NCBI GenBank assembly: GCA_902762295.1 | Contig: CACWNX010000001.1 | Coordinates: 355,238 to 419,237, forward strand | Direction: 5' to 3' | Length of the DNA: 64,000 nucleotides | Source: an uncultured Pseudomonadota bacterium | GTDB taxonomy: Bacteria; Pseudomonadota; Alphaproteobacteria; Rs-D84 | Part shown: piece after piece, positions 1 through 9,605 of the stretch | Layout of the letters: every line of letters starts with the position of its first letter | How positions within the stretch are numbered: the stretch's first letter is position 1 | Notes under the pieces: model-generated | The model's database searches: none | Told to the model about the DNA's origin: nothing | What the model saw: only the letters and a program-made list of their open reading frames with translations | Position numbers and translations under genes: made by a program

Positions 1-893
1 TAAAACTGTCCGATATAGTAATCTACCGTGTTTTTAAAGAACAGCGATTCTGGACCAACTATTTGTGCAAAACGCAACATTAAAACCGACAGGTCTGAAA
101 ACAGCATTATTTTTGTGTGGGAAACATTTTGAACCAGGTTGAACGCCAATGCGTTTTGATACCCCTTATACATATTCCAGTCTGGTATGTTATTATATTC
201 TGCCATAAACATTCCGCCCGGTGTAGACGAAAATTTTTCACGCAACGCATTTGCTTCGTCAACCAGGTTATGCGCCGTATAGAACGACATCAGATATAAA
301 TAATCGTTGATGTTTAGGAATTCCGGACCAATATTTGCAAACGCACCGGCGGCTTTTTCTATATTGCCCTGCTCTGCATAAATTTGTCCTCGCATAAATG
401 CACGCCACGATGAATTTGAATCCAACGAATCGATATATTTTAATGTTTCGGTTATACGATTTTTTGCCACACCCGCCCATATTCTGAACGGTGCATAAAG
501 TGCAGATTTATCATTTATATGCCGATTGTAAACTTCGTCCCATTTGCCATTTTTTACCAGATATGCATCGTATACAATTCGTGATGCCGGATTTTTATCA
601 GATGCGATTTTTTTTATGTCGGTTGGAATTTTTCCGGATAAAAATTCTGCGATAATACGTGTGTTTTGCACAGATTCGTAATCAACATCGGCAAATTCTT
701 GAATAAATTTATTTGCCGAATCAAAATCGTTAACATATATTGCGTGCTGGGCCGCCAAATACGCACCGTATTTAGTCTTGATTTCTGGTGCGTTTTCATT
801 TGCTGTGTTGTTGCCAGAATTACGCAATGCAACACATGCCATAACAAATATGGCAACAAAAAATATTTGAAAAAAAGTTTTTCGTGTTATCAT
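1..893 (-). CDS. Exported TPR-like protein, 3' end runs off the window (absent from ORF track)
   Basis: Hand translation from ATG at 893: MITRKTFFQIFFVAIFVMACVALRNSG...YGAYLAAQHAIYVNDF...FMRGQIYAEQGNIEKAAGAF..., open to base 1. N-terminal hydrophobic segment and TPR-like helices. Confidence 0.7.
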   Translation of the reverse strand, partial: MITRKTFFQIFFVAIFVMACVALRNSGNNTANENAPEIKTKYGAYLAAQHAIYVNDFDSANKFIQEFADVDYESVQNTRIIAEFLSGKIPTDIKKIASDKNPASRIVYDAYLVKNGKWDEVYNRHINDKSALYAPFRIWAGVAKNRITETLKYIDSLDSNSSWRAFMRGQIYAEQGNIEKAAGAFANIGPEFLNINDYLYLMSFYTAHNLVDEANALREKFSSTPGGMFMAEYNNIPDWNMYKGYQNALAFNLVQNVSHTKIMLFSDLSVLMLRFAQIVGPESLFFKNTVDYYIGQF

Positions 894-919
894 TTGCACG
901 AATATGTTACAATAAGAAT

Positions 920-1507
920 ATGAATAGTAAAGAAAAATTTGCAAAATATGCCGAAATTCTGCGTAATTGGTCTTCGCGGATGAATTTGGTTGCCCCAAGT
1001 ACTTTGTCCGATGTTGAAAATCGTCATTTCGCCGATTCGGCCCAGCTAGCGGATGTTTTGCCACCAAATGCCGAAGTAATAGATTTAGGCAGCGGTGCCG
1101 GTTTCCCCGGTGTTGTTTTGGCAATTTTGGGCTGGCATGTGACATGTATAGAATCTATCGGTAAAAAGGTTGCTTTTTTAAATACAGTTCGTTCCGAATT
1201 AGATTTACAAAATTTAACAATTTTTCATGGACGTGTTGAAAACTTTTTCCCGGCTTTTTTGATAAAAAATAACAAAAATGCCGGGGATTTTGTAATTACT
1301 GCACGGGCATTTGCACCATTAGTAAAAATTTTAGATTATGTAAAGGGAATAAATTGCCGGCTTTTTTTACTAAAAGGCCGGGAAATTGAAAATGAAATCG
1401 CGGTTGCAAAACAGAAATACAAATTTAACTATAAACTTATTCCGTCCAAAACCGGCGACGGTTTTATAATAATTGTTGATTTTGACCGGCAGTTTCATGT
1501 GAAATAA
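920..1507 (+). CDS. rsmG: 16S rRNA m7G527 methyltransferase RsmG (GidB)
   Basis: Motifs MNLV, RHFADS, DLGSGAGFPG, ES..KK..FL and TARAFA; lies directly upstream of parAB. ATG at 920 preferred to the upstream GTG. Confidence 0.95.
   Translation: MNSKEKFAKYAEILRNWSSRMNLVAPSTLSDVENRHFADSAQLADVLPPNAEVIDLGSGAGFPGVVLAILGWHVTCIESIGKKVAFLNTVRSELDLQNLTIFHGRVENFFPAFLIKNNKNAGDFVITARAFAPLVKILDYVKGINCRLFLLKGREIENEIAVAKQKYKFNYKLIPSKTGDGFIIIVDFDRQFHVK
1491..1506. promoter_or_regulatory. parS-like site (degenerate)
   Basis: AGTTTCATGTGAAATA versus parS consensus TGTTTCACGTGAAACA; overlaps the rsmG stop, just upstream of parA. Confidence 0.6.
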
Positions 1508-1552
1508 TTTATAATTGTTTGATTTTACTATTTTTTTGTTTTAGTGCATTTT

Positions 1553-1568
1553 TGTTTCATATGAAACA
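1553..1568. promoter_or_regulatory. parS-like centromere site
   Basis: Perfect 16-bp palindrome TGTTTCATATGAAACA, differing from the consensus only at the central CG->TA, between rsmG and parA. Confidence 0.8.
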
Positions 1569-1676
1569 GCGTGTAATGTGTTGGATTTACAATGATTTTT
1601 TTATGGTAAATTTGCTGCTTGACCGGTGTTTTTTTATGTTTTATACTTTTATCAGTGTAAAAAAGGAAGGTTTTTT

Positions 1677-2450
1677 ATGGTTGAAATAATCGCGTTTGCA
1701 AATCAAAAGGGTGGCGTTGGTAAAACAACTACGGCAATAAACCTTGGGGCATCGTTGGCGGCGATAAAAAAACGTGTATTGTTGGTTGATTTGGATTCCC
1801 AGGGTAATGCGGGTACTGGGCTTGGGTTTGTGCGTTCGTCACATAATCAGAGTGTTTATGGTGTGCTGATGGGGACAGATAGTGCGGCAAATAATATATT
1901 ATCAACGGCGGTTCCAGGGTTGCATATTTTGCCGTCAACCCAGGCTTTGGCCGGTGCGGCGGTTGAATTGTTGGATATGGATAACCGTGAATACCGGTTG
2001 CGTGATGCGTTAAAACCGATAATCGAACATTATGATTATGTATTGCTGGATTGTCCGCCGGCATTGGATTATGTGACATTGAATGCGTTAACAACGGCAA
2101 ATCATGTTATTATACCATTGCAATGCGAATTCTTTGCGCTAGAAGGTGTTTTGCATCTGATTAACAGTATCAAGGGTGTGCGTCAAAAATGGAATCCAAA
2201 ACTGGATGTTTTGGGTGTGATTTTGACTATGTATGACCGGCGCTATGGTATGACGCGCGAGGTTGAACAAAATGTTCGTGCGACATTTGGTGATAAGGTG
2301 TTTAAAACGGTTATTCCGCGCAATGTTCGTGTGGCCGAAGCACCAAGTCATGGAAAGCCGGCATTGTTCTATGATTTTAATTCCACCGGTGCCCAGGCAT
2401 ATCTGCGTGTTGCAACCGAGGTTGTTCAAAAATTAGAAAAAGGGGAATAA
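1677..2450 (+). CDS. parA: Chromosome partitioning ATPase ParA
   Basis: Deviant Walker A NQKGGVGKTTT, DLDSQGNA, DCPP, PLQCEFFALEG, IPRNVRVAEAPSHG. Confidence 0.97.
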   Translation: MVEIIAFANQKGGVGKTTTAINLGASLAAIKKRVLLVDLDSQGNAGTGLGFVRSSHNQSVYGVLMGTDSAANNILSTAVPGLHILPSTQALAGAAVELLDMDNREYRLRDALKPIIEHYDYVLLDCPPALDYVTLNALTTANHVIIPLQCEFFALEGVLHLINSIKGVRQKWNPKLDVLGVILTMYDRRYGMTREVEQNVRATFGDKVFKTVIPRNVRVAEAPSHGKPALFYDFNSTGAQAYLRVATEVVQKLEKGE

Positions 2451-2451
2451 T

Positions 2452-3333
2452 ATGTCAAAATTTGGATTGGGACGAAATTTAGATGATTTGCAGAATGAAA
2501 TTGGGGTCGCGCCAGATATTTCTATATTATCGGGGACCGAACGTGTTGTTGTACGGCAAATCCCGTTGGTGCAAATCAGTGTAAACCCGGACCAACCGCG
2601 TAAGACATTCAATCAATCGGATTTGAATGATTTGGCGGCATCTATAAAAGAGAAGGGGGTTTTAACGCCAATCTTGCTGCGAACGGTAAAAAATCGGCCA
2701 TATGCGTATGAAATTGTCGCGGGTGAACGGCGGTATCGTGCCAGTAAAATCGCCGGTCTGACCGAGATTCCGGCGTTTATTAAAAATCTTGGGGATGATA
2801 ACGCGATGGAAATTGCGTTGATTGAAAATGTGCAACGCGAAAATCTGAATCCGATAGAAGAGGCCGCCGCCTATGTAAATCTGATGAATAAATGCAAATA
2901 TACGATGGATGATGTGTCGCGTTTAATTGGAAAATCGGAAAGTTATATAAAAAATTTAATTCGTTTAAACGCATTGCCGGAATCTGTTAAGAAAATGGTA
3001 GAGCAGGGTGAATTATCGGCATCGCACGCGCGTACGATTGTTGTGGCGGAAAACCCCGAAGAATTAGCGCGCGAAATTATCCAAAACAAAATGTCGGTTG
3101 CGGATACCGAGAAACGCGTAAAACGCGTTGCGCGCAGCACCAAGACACGTAAATTTATAAATAATGCTATGGATGCCGATATTATTACCGAAATGACGCA
3201 ACGAATTGGGCGTGCACTAATGTCGCGTGTTAAAATCACCGAACGACGGGGCGGGGCAGGTACGATAACAATTAAGTTTAACACCCGTGCACATTTGGAT
3301 GAAATAGTTGAAAAAATATCAGGTAAAAAATAA
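2452..3333 (+). CDS. parB: Chromosome partitioning protein ParB
   Basis: NPDQPRK, GERRYRA (arginine patch), ENVQRENLNPIEEA and HTH; follows parA. Confidence 0.97.
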   Translation: MSKFGLGRNLDDLQNEIGVAPDISILSGTERVVVRQIPLVQISVNPDQPRKTFNQSDLNDLAASIKEKGVLTPILLRTVKNRPYAYEIVAGERRYRASKIAGLTEIPAFIKNLGDDNAMEIALIENVQRENLNPIEEAAAYVNLMNKCKYTMDDVSRLIGKSESYIKNLIRLNALPESVKKMVEQGELSASHARTIVVAENPEELAREIIQNKMSVADTEKRVKRVARSTKTRKFINNAMDADIITEMTQRIGRALMSRVKITERRGGAGTITIKFNTRAHLDEIVEKISGKK

Positions 3334-3340
3334 TAATGAT

Positions 3341-3376
3341 TTTCCCGGCTTTTTTGCAAAAAAGCCGGGAATTTTT
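3341..3376 (+). terminator. Intrinsic terminator after parB
   Basis: TTCCCGGCTTTTTT-GC-AAAAAAGCCGGGAA hairpin followed by a T-run. Confidence 0.65.
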
Positions 3377-3464
3377 ATCAAAAAAATGTGTAAAAAACAC
3401 CGGCAGCGCCGGTATACAAAAAAACGCCCGGATGGGCGTTTAATATTTTCAACACTGATAAATA

Positions 3465-3881
3465 TTATTTAACAGTTGTTGTTGCGTTACGATTGTATTT
3501 CCAAACGTCTTCGCCGGTACCTTTGACCAATGGACGTTCTTTACCATACGAAATGGTGGAAATACGACGGGAATCGATACCTTCGTCAACCAATACGCGT
3601 TTTGCAGCATTTGCACGGCGTGCACCCAATGCCAAGTTGTATTCGGTTGAACCGCGTTCGTCGCAGTTACCAGCAATCTGGACCTTGACATCTTCGTTTG
3701 CCTTCAGATACAGCGCCTGACCCATCAGGTTATCGTGTGCCGCATCGGAAATTTCCGACGAATTGAACGCAAAGAATACGCGTTGATTGTTAATGTCTTC
3801 TGGGGCAACAACCTTAGAAGAACCACATGCCGCCAGCAATCCAGCAGCACCAGCCAATAAAGCAAAGTTTTTTATTTTCAT
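3465..3881 (-). CDS. pal: Peptidoglycan-associated lipoprotein Pal
   Basis: Lipobox LAAC; OmpA-C motif GNCDERGSTEYNLALGARRANA, ISYGKERP, NRNA. Confidence 0.93.
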   Translation of the reverse strand: MKIKNFALLAGAAGLLAACGSSKVVAPEDINNQRVFFAFNSSEISDAAHDNLMGQALYLKANEDVKVQIAGNCDERGSTEYNLALGARRANAAKRVLVDEGIDSRRISTISYGKERPLVKGTGEDVWKYNRNATTTVK

Positions 3882-3966
3882 GAAAATACTCCCTTGAGTT
3901 TCTGTTACTCGTGGTATAGTCTATAATAAAAATTTTCAAAAATCAAGATAAAATCAGAGGATAAAA

Positions 3967-4704
3967 ATGCAGGACATTGTGAAAGATTTGGTTTTGGCGG
4001 GTGTTAAATGGGAACTGACCGATAATTCTGTGGGATTCATGTCGGATTTAGAATCAGTTCGTGCACCGGCGCGTACACGTCTGTCATCGGTTGTTCCGCC
4101 AATATCGCCGGTGTCTGCGATAGATGTTGATACCGCAAACGCAATGGCAATGCGCCCAACAACATTGGATTCACTGTGCCGAATGATTTCGGAATTTAAT
4201 CATCCGCTGCGCGGGGGTGTCACAAATGTTGTCACACCGATGGTTGCACCGAATCCAAATGGTTTGATGATTATTACCGATATGCCGTCCAATGATGATG
4301 ATGCATCGGGACATATTTTGAGTGGTGCGCCGGGTGAATTGCTTGATAAAATGCTGAATGCGATTGAAATGTCGCGTGATAGTGTTTCAATTTCGCCGAT
4401 TTTGTTCTGGCGCACGCCGGGTGGACGAACACCATCAAGGTTAGAGCTAGATTTATCGCGCCCGTTTCTGAATCGTTTTATTGAATTGACCGAACCGCGC
4501 ATAGTTCTGACATTGGGAACATTGGCGGCGGCCGAGATATGCGGTGTTGATTTGATGCGTAATCACGGCAAAGAAACATTGTTGGCATCGGGTGTGCGTG
4601 CGTTTTCAATATATCATCCAAACTATCTGATGCTGAAACCGAATGCCAAGGCGGATGTATGGTCGGTTTTGAAATCAGTGCAAAATTTGTTGAAAAATTC
4701 ATAG
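3967..4704 (+). CDS. Uracil-DNA glycosylase (family 4-like, divergent)
   Basis: G.PGELLDKML.AI, WRTPGGRTP, P.IVLTLG..AA and C-terminal YHPNYL motif B. Confidence 0.8.
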   Translation: MQDIVKDLVLAGVKWELTDNSVGFMSDLESVRAPARTRLSSVVPPISPVSAIDVDTANAMAMRPTTLDSLCRMISEFNHPLRGGVTNVVTPMVAPNPNGLMIITDMPSNDDDASGHILSGAPGELLDKMLNAIEMSRDSVSISPILFWRTPGGRTPSRLELDLSRPFLNRFIELTEPRIVLTLGTLAAAEICGVDLMRNHGKETLLASGVRAFSIYHPNYLMLKPNAKADVWSVLKSVQNLLKNS

Positions 4705-4747
4705 AAATGTTTAATAATCGCCACATAAAACATTAAAGGAGTGTAAA

Positions 4748-5305
4748 ATTAAACCGCAAAATAATCGTGATAATCGGCGTGATATGGGGCCGCGTATAAA
4801 TAATCGTATAACCGCAAAGTCGGTTCAGGTCATTGGCAGCGATGGTCAAAATATGGGTGAAATGCCAATTGCAAATGCTTTACAGATTGCATTAGATTCC
4901 GGAATGGATTTGGTTGAATTAAATGCTGCGGCGACACCGCCGGTTGTTAAAGTTATGGACTTTGGCAAATATAAGTATGAACAGAAAAAACGCGCATCCG
5001 AGGCCAAGAAAAAGCAGAAAAGTATAGAAATGAAAGAGGTCTGGATAAAGCCGTTTATTGAAGAAAATGATTTACAGATAAAATTGAAAAAAGTTTTTGA
5101 ATTCTTGGACGAAGGGAACAAGGTTAAAATTGCAGTAATGACACATGGGTCTAAACGAGTGCTGGCAATGGGTAAAGATGCGATTCCGGGACTGTTTGCG
5201 CATGTCGTTGAATTGATTGGCGAACGCGGCACATTGGAAAGTCGTTCTAAGCCAGACGAAAGAACTAAATCTATCGTTATTGCGCCCACAAAACCGGCAA
5301 AATAA
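4748..5305 (+). CDS. infC: Translation initiation factor IF-3 with AUU start
   Basis: IF-3 motifs RINNRI, DLVE...PPVVKVMDFGKYKYE. An in-frame ATT at 4748 lies 6 nt after SD AAGGAG (4736-4741); the ATG at 4784 has no SD. Confidence 0.93.
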   Translation: MKPQNNRDNRRDMGPRINNRITAKSVQVIGSDGQNMGEMPIANALQIALDSGMDLVELNAAATPPVVKVMDFGKYKYEQKKRASEAKKKQKSIEMKEVWIKPFIEENDLQIKLKKVFEFLDEGNKVKIAVMTHGSKRVLAMGKDAIPGLFAHVVELIGERGTLESRSKPDERTKSIVIAPTKPAK

Positions 5306-5315
5306 GGAATAGATT

Positions 5316-5475
5316 ATGACAGATAAAGATATTCAAAAATATTACAAAACCAAAGATGGCGAAATCAAAAATAAAACAAGATAGTATAGGAAAAATTCTG
5401 AAAGATTTTGATGCGGCGCAACAACAAAATATTCTTTGGATAAGCGAGTATCAAAGATTAAATAAACAGAAATAA
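5316..5475 (+). pseudogene. Small frameshifted or degraded orphan ORF
   Basis: SD AAGGA plus ATG 5316 gives 22 aa (MTDKDIQKYYKTK...). An overlapping frame 5356-5475 gives 39 aa (MAKSKIKQDSIG...RLNKQK), followed by a terminator. Confidence 0.4.
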
Positions 5476-5501
5476 AAAAACACCCGGTTGGGTGTTTTTT
5501 T
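5476..5501. terminator. Intrinsic terminator (A/T runs on both sides)
   Basis: AAAAACACCC-GGTT-GGGTGTTTTTT. Confidence 0.7.
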
Positions 5502-5554
5502 GTGGAATATTGAATTTTTATTTTGTATCTTATGTCGCAACAAAGGGTTTTGAT

Positions 5555-5761
5555 ATGGATACAGAAAAACTATCGTTTGAAGAAGCATATAAACAATTAA
5601 CTGAATTAGTAAAGAAAATGGAATCGGGCGAAATGCCGTTGGCGGATTCAGTCGCCGCGTACGAGCAAGGCATAAAACTGAAAGCATACTGTGAACAGTT
5701 GCTGAAAGAGGCCGAATTAAAAATTGAAACTTTAAAAGTGACCACACCAAACGAGCAGTAG
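5555..5761 (+). CDS. xseB: Exodeoxyribonuclease VII small subunit
   Basis: LSFEEAYKQL.E.V..MESGEMPLADS..AYEQG.KL...CEQLL.EAE.KI. Confidence 0.93.
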   Translation: MDTEKLSFEEAYKQLTELVKKMESGEMPLADSVAAYEQGIKLKAYCEQLLKEAELKIETLKVTTPNEQ

Positions 5762-5768
5762 ATAGCAA

Positions 5769-8252
5769 GTGTCTGAAAAATCTAAACTTACCCCCGTTAT
5801 GCAGCAATATGTGGATTTCAAAGCCGAAAATCCCGATGCGTTGCTTATGTTTCGTTTGGGGGATTTCTATGAATCGTTTTTTGATGATGCGCGCGTAATC
5901 AGTGAAAAACTTGGGTTGGTTCTGACATCGCGCGGGACCGATGGTGATGGCGAAAATATTCCGATGTGCGGTATTCCATGGCATGCATCCGATAATTATT
6001 TTGGGCGACTGGTGCGCATGGGGTATAAACTTGCACTGGTTGAGCAAATGGAAACCCCGGCCCAGGCAAAAGAGCGTGGTCATAAATTTATTGAACGGAA
6101 AATTATTCGTGTGTTAACCCCGGGAACATTGACCGATGAAAATTTATTAACACCCAAAAGTTCAAATTTCTTGGTGGCGGTTGTTGGCACCGGTGAAAAT
6201 TCGTTTGATGTTGCAGGCTGTGATATATCAACAGGTGAATTTTTTGTCGGTCAAAGCGCGGATATTGTTGATGATTTATTGCGTGTTTCCCCGGCCGAGG
6301 TTATTTATCCGTCAATTGATGCCGAAAACGAAACGATTTTGCAAATTCGTGACATGTTCAAGGCGACCCCAGTATTTGAAAAAATTTATCGTCGTGGTGA
6401 TATAGACACAATAATTGCATCGGTATTTTCAAATAATGTAAATGGTGGCAATTCGGCGGTTGGATTATTGGCGGGATATTTGTTTAATACCCAACGTGGT
6501 GCGGCATTAGCATTTCGTGCACCGGCAAATTTTAAATCTGGTGCAGAATTGCTGATAGATGCCGCCACATGGAAAAGTTTGGAATTAGATGCGCCAATAA
6601 ACGATGGCGGTCGGTGTTTGTTGGATGTATTGGATAAAACAAAAACGGCGGCGGGTGCGCGGCGTATGCGTGCATATCTGCGAAATCTGACGGGTGATAT
6701 TACCGAAATTCATAATCGCCAGGAACATATCGGACACTTGGTTTTAAACTCTGATATTCGGGCAATGGTTGGTGATGCGTTGGCGCGCATTCCCGATGTC
6801 GGGCGCAGTTTGTCGCGATTGTTGTCGGGGCGTGGAACACCGCGCGATTTGCGTAATACGGCGGATTTTATGACGGCGTTGCCAAATCTGAAAGTAATTG
6901 GAACACGACTTGATGCAGGAATGGCACTACGGATTCAGAATATTAAAACACATGATGAATTATCGTTGCGATTAAATTCTGCGCTGGCGGACGATTTGCC
7001 AACATTTTTTCGTGACGGTGGTGTGATTCGTGATGGGTTTGATGTTTCGCTGGATAATATGCGGAATCTGTCGCATGGTGGTAAAGAAGCCGTTGCCGCA
7101 ACCCAGGCAGAATATGCAACCCAGACCGGTATTCATAATTTGAAAGTTAAATTTAATAATATGTTGGGGTATTTTATAGAGGTTCCATCCAACCGTGCCG
7201 AGCCACTAATGAAACCGGATTCTGGATTTATTCATCGCCAGACTATGTCGGGAAACCTGCGTTTTACGACCGAACGTTTGATAGCACTGGATAACGATAT
7301 ACGAAATGCAAGCGATAAAGCCGCCGCAATAGAAGAATCTGTGGTTGAATCTTTGATAGACGAAGTGCGAAAAGTATCCGATGATTTATTGAATGCATCC
7401 GAAATATTGGCGGACTTAGATGTTTGGGTGACACTGGCAACGGTCGCAGTTTATATGGAATGGGTGCGCCCCGAAATTACAAATGGAAATGATTTTGATA
7501 TTGTTGGTGGACGGCACCCGGTAATCGAATCGGTGCTGCGTGAATCTGGAAATAATTTTGTAAAGAATGATTGCAAATTAGATGATAAACAAATTGCATT
7601 GCTGACCGGGCCGAATATGGCGGGTAAATCAACATATTTGCGCCAGAATGCTATTTTGGTTGTTTTGGCACATATGGGGTCGTTTGTTCCGGCTACGCAC
7701 GCCAGAATTGGAATCTGTGACCAGTTGTTTAGTCGCGTTGGTGCATCTGATAATTTGGCGGCGGGTCAATCAACATTTATGGTTGAAATGACCGAAACGG
7801 CAAATATTCTGCGGCGTGCAACATCGCATTCGTTTATAATTTTTGATGAAATTGGTCGTGGAACGGCAACATATGACGGTATGGCAATTGCGCGTGCGGT
7901 ACTGGAATACCTTGATACACTTGGTGCGCGAACATTGTTCGCAACACATTATCATGAATTGACGGCGCTGGCGACGGGGCAGGGTGGACCATTGGACAAG
8001 GTGGCGTGCCTTACCATAGATGTTCGTGAACACAATAATGATATTGTGTTTATGCATCGTATTATACCGGGTGTTGCAAATCGGTCATACGGAATTCATG
8101 TTGCAAAAATGGCGGGTATGCCGGATTTGGTTGTTGCGCGCGCAACGGCGGTTTTGGCAGAACTTGAAACTGTGCGTATGCCATCGGTTGTGAAAAAAAC
8201 AAATGTCGCGCAAAAACAGCAATTATCTTTTTTTGATACGGGGGAAAAATGA
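5769..8252 (+). CDS. mutS: DNA mismatch repair protein MutS
   Basis: TPVMQQY, FRLGDFYE, Walker A TGPNMAGKSTYLRQ, STFMVEM, DEIGRGT, FATHYHEL, SYGIHVA. Confidence 0.98.
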   Translation: MSEKSKLTPVMQQYVDFKAENPDALLMFRLGDFYESFFDDARVISEKLGLVLTSRGTDGDGENIPMCGIPWHASDNYFGRLVRMGYKLALVEQMETPAQAKERGHKFIERKIIRVLTPGTLTDENLLTPKSSNFLVAVVGTGENSFDVAGCDISTGEFFVGQSADIVDDLLRVSPAEVIYPSIDAENETILQIRDMFKATPVFEKIYRRGDIDTIIASVFSNNVNGGNSAVGLLAGYLFNTQRGAALAFRAPANFKSGAELLIDAATWKSLELDAPINDGGRCLLDVLDKTKTAAGARRMRAYLRNLTGDITEIHNRQEHIGHLVLNSDIRAMVGDALARIPDVGRSLSRLLSGRGTPRDLRNTADFMTALPNLKVIGTRLDAGMALRIQNIKTHDELSLRLNSALADDLPTFFRDGGVIRDGFDVSLDNMRNLSHGGKEAVAATQAEYATQTGIHNLKVKFNNMLGYFIEVPSNRAEPLMKPDSGFIHRQTMSGNLRFTTERLIALDNDIRNASDKAAAIEESVVESLIDEVRKVSDDLLNASEILADLDVWVTLATVAVYMEWVRPEITNGNDFDIVGGRHPVIESVLRESGNNFVKNDCKLDDKQIALLTGPNMAGKSTYLRQNAILVVLAHMGSFVPATHARIGICDQLFSRVGASDNLAAGQSTFMVEMTETANILRRATSHSFIIFDEIGRGTATYDGMAIARAVLEYLDTLGARTLFATHYHELTALATGQGGPLDKVACLTIDVREHNNDIVFMHRIIPGVANRSYGIHVAKMAGMPDLVVARATAVLAELETVRMPSVVKKTNVAQKQQLSFFDTGEK

Positions 8253-9118
8253 ACGGTTGGATTATTCTTGATAAACCATCGGGTGTTTTTTCTAAGACCG
8301 CATCAAACCGTGTTGCGCGTATATTCGGAACAAAAAAGAACGGTCATATTGGCACATTGGACCCGATGGCATCGGGGGTTTTGCCGATTGCAATCGGTGC
8401 CGCGACAAAAATGGTGCCGTTTTTAGAGGATTTTTCCGACCGAACCAAAGAGTATATGTTTTCGGTCATATTTGGATACGAAACCGATACCCTGGACGTA
8501 ACTGGTACCGAAACGGCGCGTTGTGATACGGTTCCATCGATTGCCCAGGTTCGTTCGATATTGCCGAATTTTATTGGGCATATTTCCCAAGTGCCGCCAG
8601 TATTCAGTGCAATTCACATTGCCGGTCGGCGTGCATATGAAATTGCACGTGCCGGGGAAATGGTTGATATTCCGGCACGCAATGTTGATGTATATTCATT
8701 GGAATTACTGGATGTGGTTGATAATCGGTGGTTGTTTAAAATGTCGTGTTCGCCGGGTACCTATGTACGCAGTATTGCACGTGATATTGCAAAAATGTGT
8801 GGAACGATGGCGACGGTTGATATGATACGACGGACCGTATCGTCTGGGTTTACATTAAAAAATGCGCATCCACTTGATTTTTTGGAAAATTTGTTTAATA
8901 ATGGCGCCGATGTCAGTAAATATCTGGCACCAATAGATTCGGGACTGGGGGACATTCCGGTTCTGGACATAGGTGATATGGCGGTCAAATTTTATCGTAA
9001 TGGCGGCTTTATCGGGGTTGGTTGCAGTGATGGTCTGCACCGTGTGTATTCCGGTGACACTTTTGTTGGAATTGGAATGGTGAACGATGGCGTGCTGAAA
9101 CCTAAACGAACAATATAA
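8249..9118 (+). CDS. truB: tRNA pseudouridine(55) synthase
   Basis: MNGWIILDKP, GHIGTLDPMASG, QVPPVFSA, CSPGTYVRS. Confidence 0.96.
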   Translation: MNGWIILDKPSGVFSKTASNRVARIFGTKKNGHIGTLDPMASGVLPIAIGAATKMVPFLEDFSDRTKEYMFSVIFGYETDTLDVTGTETARCDTVPSIAQVRSILPNFIGHISQVPPVFSAIHIAGRRAYEIARAGEMVDIPARNVDVYSLELLDVVDNRWLFKMSCSPGTYVRSIARDIAKMCGTMATVDMIRRTVSSGFTLKNAHPLDFLENLFNNGADVSKYLAPIDSGLGDIPVLDIGDMAVKFYRNGGFIGVGCSDGLHRVYSGDTFVGIGMVNDGVLKPKRTI

Positions 9119-9136
9119 AAATAAAGGAAACATACA

Positions 9137-9409
9137 ATGTCCATAACAAAGGCAAAAAAAACAGAAATAATTAACGCATATAAATCCAGTGAACACGACA
9201 ATGGTGGTTCTGTGGAATCCCAGGTTGCGGTTTTAACTGAACGTATTCGTAATTTGACGGAACATATGAAAAATAACCACAAAGACGAACATTCTAAACG
9301 CGGGTTATTGTTGATGGTAAATCGTCGTAAAAAATTACTTGCATACATCAAGAAACGCAATCCTGAAAAATACGAAGAACTGATTAAGAAATTGGGTCTG
9401 CGTAAATAA
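9137..9409 (+). CDS. rpsO: 30S ribosomal protein S15
   Basis: [19 protein letters not shown]...[19 protein letters not shown]...LGLRK. Confidence 0.98.
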   Translation: MSITKAKKTEIINAYKSSEHDNGGSVESQVAVLTERIRNLTEHMKNNHKDEHSKRGLLLMVNRRKKLLAYIKKRNPEKYEELIKKLGLRK

Positions 9410-9416
9410 AAATTAG

Positions 9417-9440
9417 AACCGGCAAAATGCCGGTCTTTTT
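9417..9440 (+). terminator. Terminator after rpsO
   Basis: ACCGGCA-AAA-TGCCGGT followed by CTTTTT. Confidence 0.7.
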
Positions 9441-9455
9441 ATTTGTATAAAATAT

Positions 9456-9484
9456 TTGCAAACGATTAAATATGTCGGTATAAT
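9456..9484 (+). promoter_or_regulatory. Sigma70-type promoter of pnp
   Basis: TTGCAA-17 bp-TATAAT. Confidence 0.75.
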
Positions 9485-9492
9485 CGGCATCG

Positions 9493-9566
9493 GCGAAGAA
9501 GAAATTGTTCATTTTTGCATTTGCTTTGGATGTTCCAGAATGCAATAACGAATGATTTTTCTTCGC
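9493..9566 (+). promoter_or_regulatory. Long stem-loop in the pnp leader (RNase III-type processing stem)
   Basis: GCGAAGAAGAAATTGTTC..TTGCATT pairs with AATGCAA..GAATGATTTTTCTTCGC; same position as the known RNase III autoregulatory stem of pnp leaders. Confidence 0.65.
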
Positions 9567-9605
9567 GGTTTAGAAAACTAACAAACCAATAAAACGGAGG
9601 AAAAT

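Noticed and set aside
1508-1676. oriC in the AT-rich rsmG-parA gap
   Set aside because: No TTATCCACA-type DnaA box cluster is visible; only parS-like sites.
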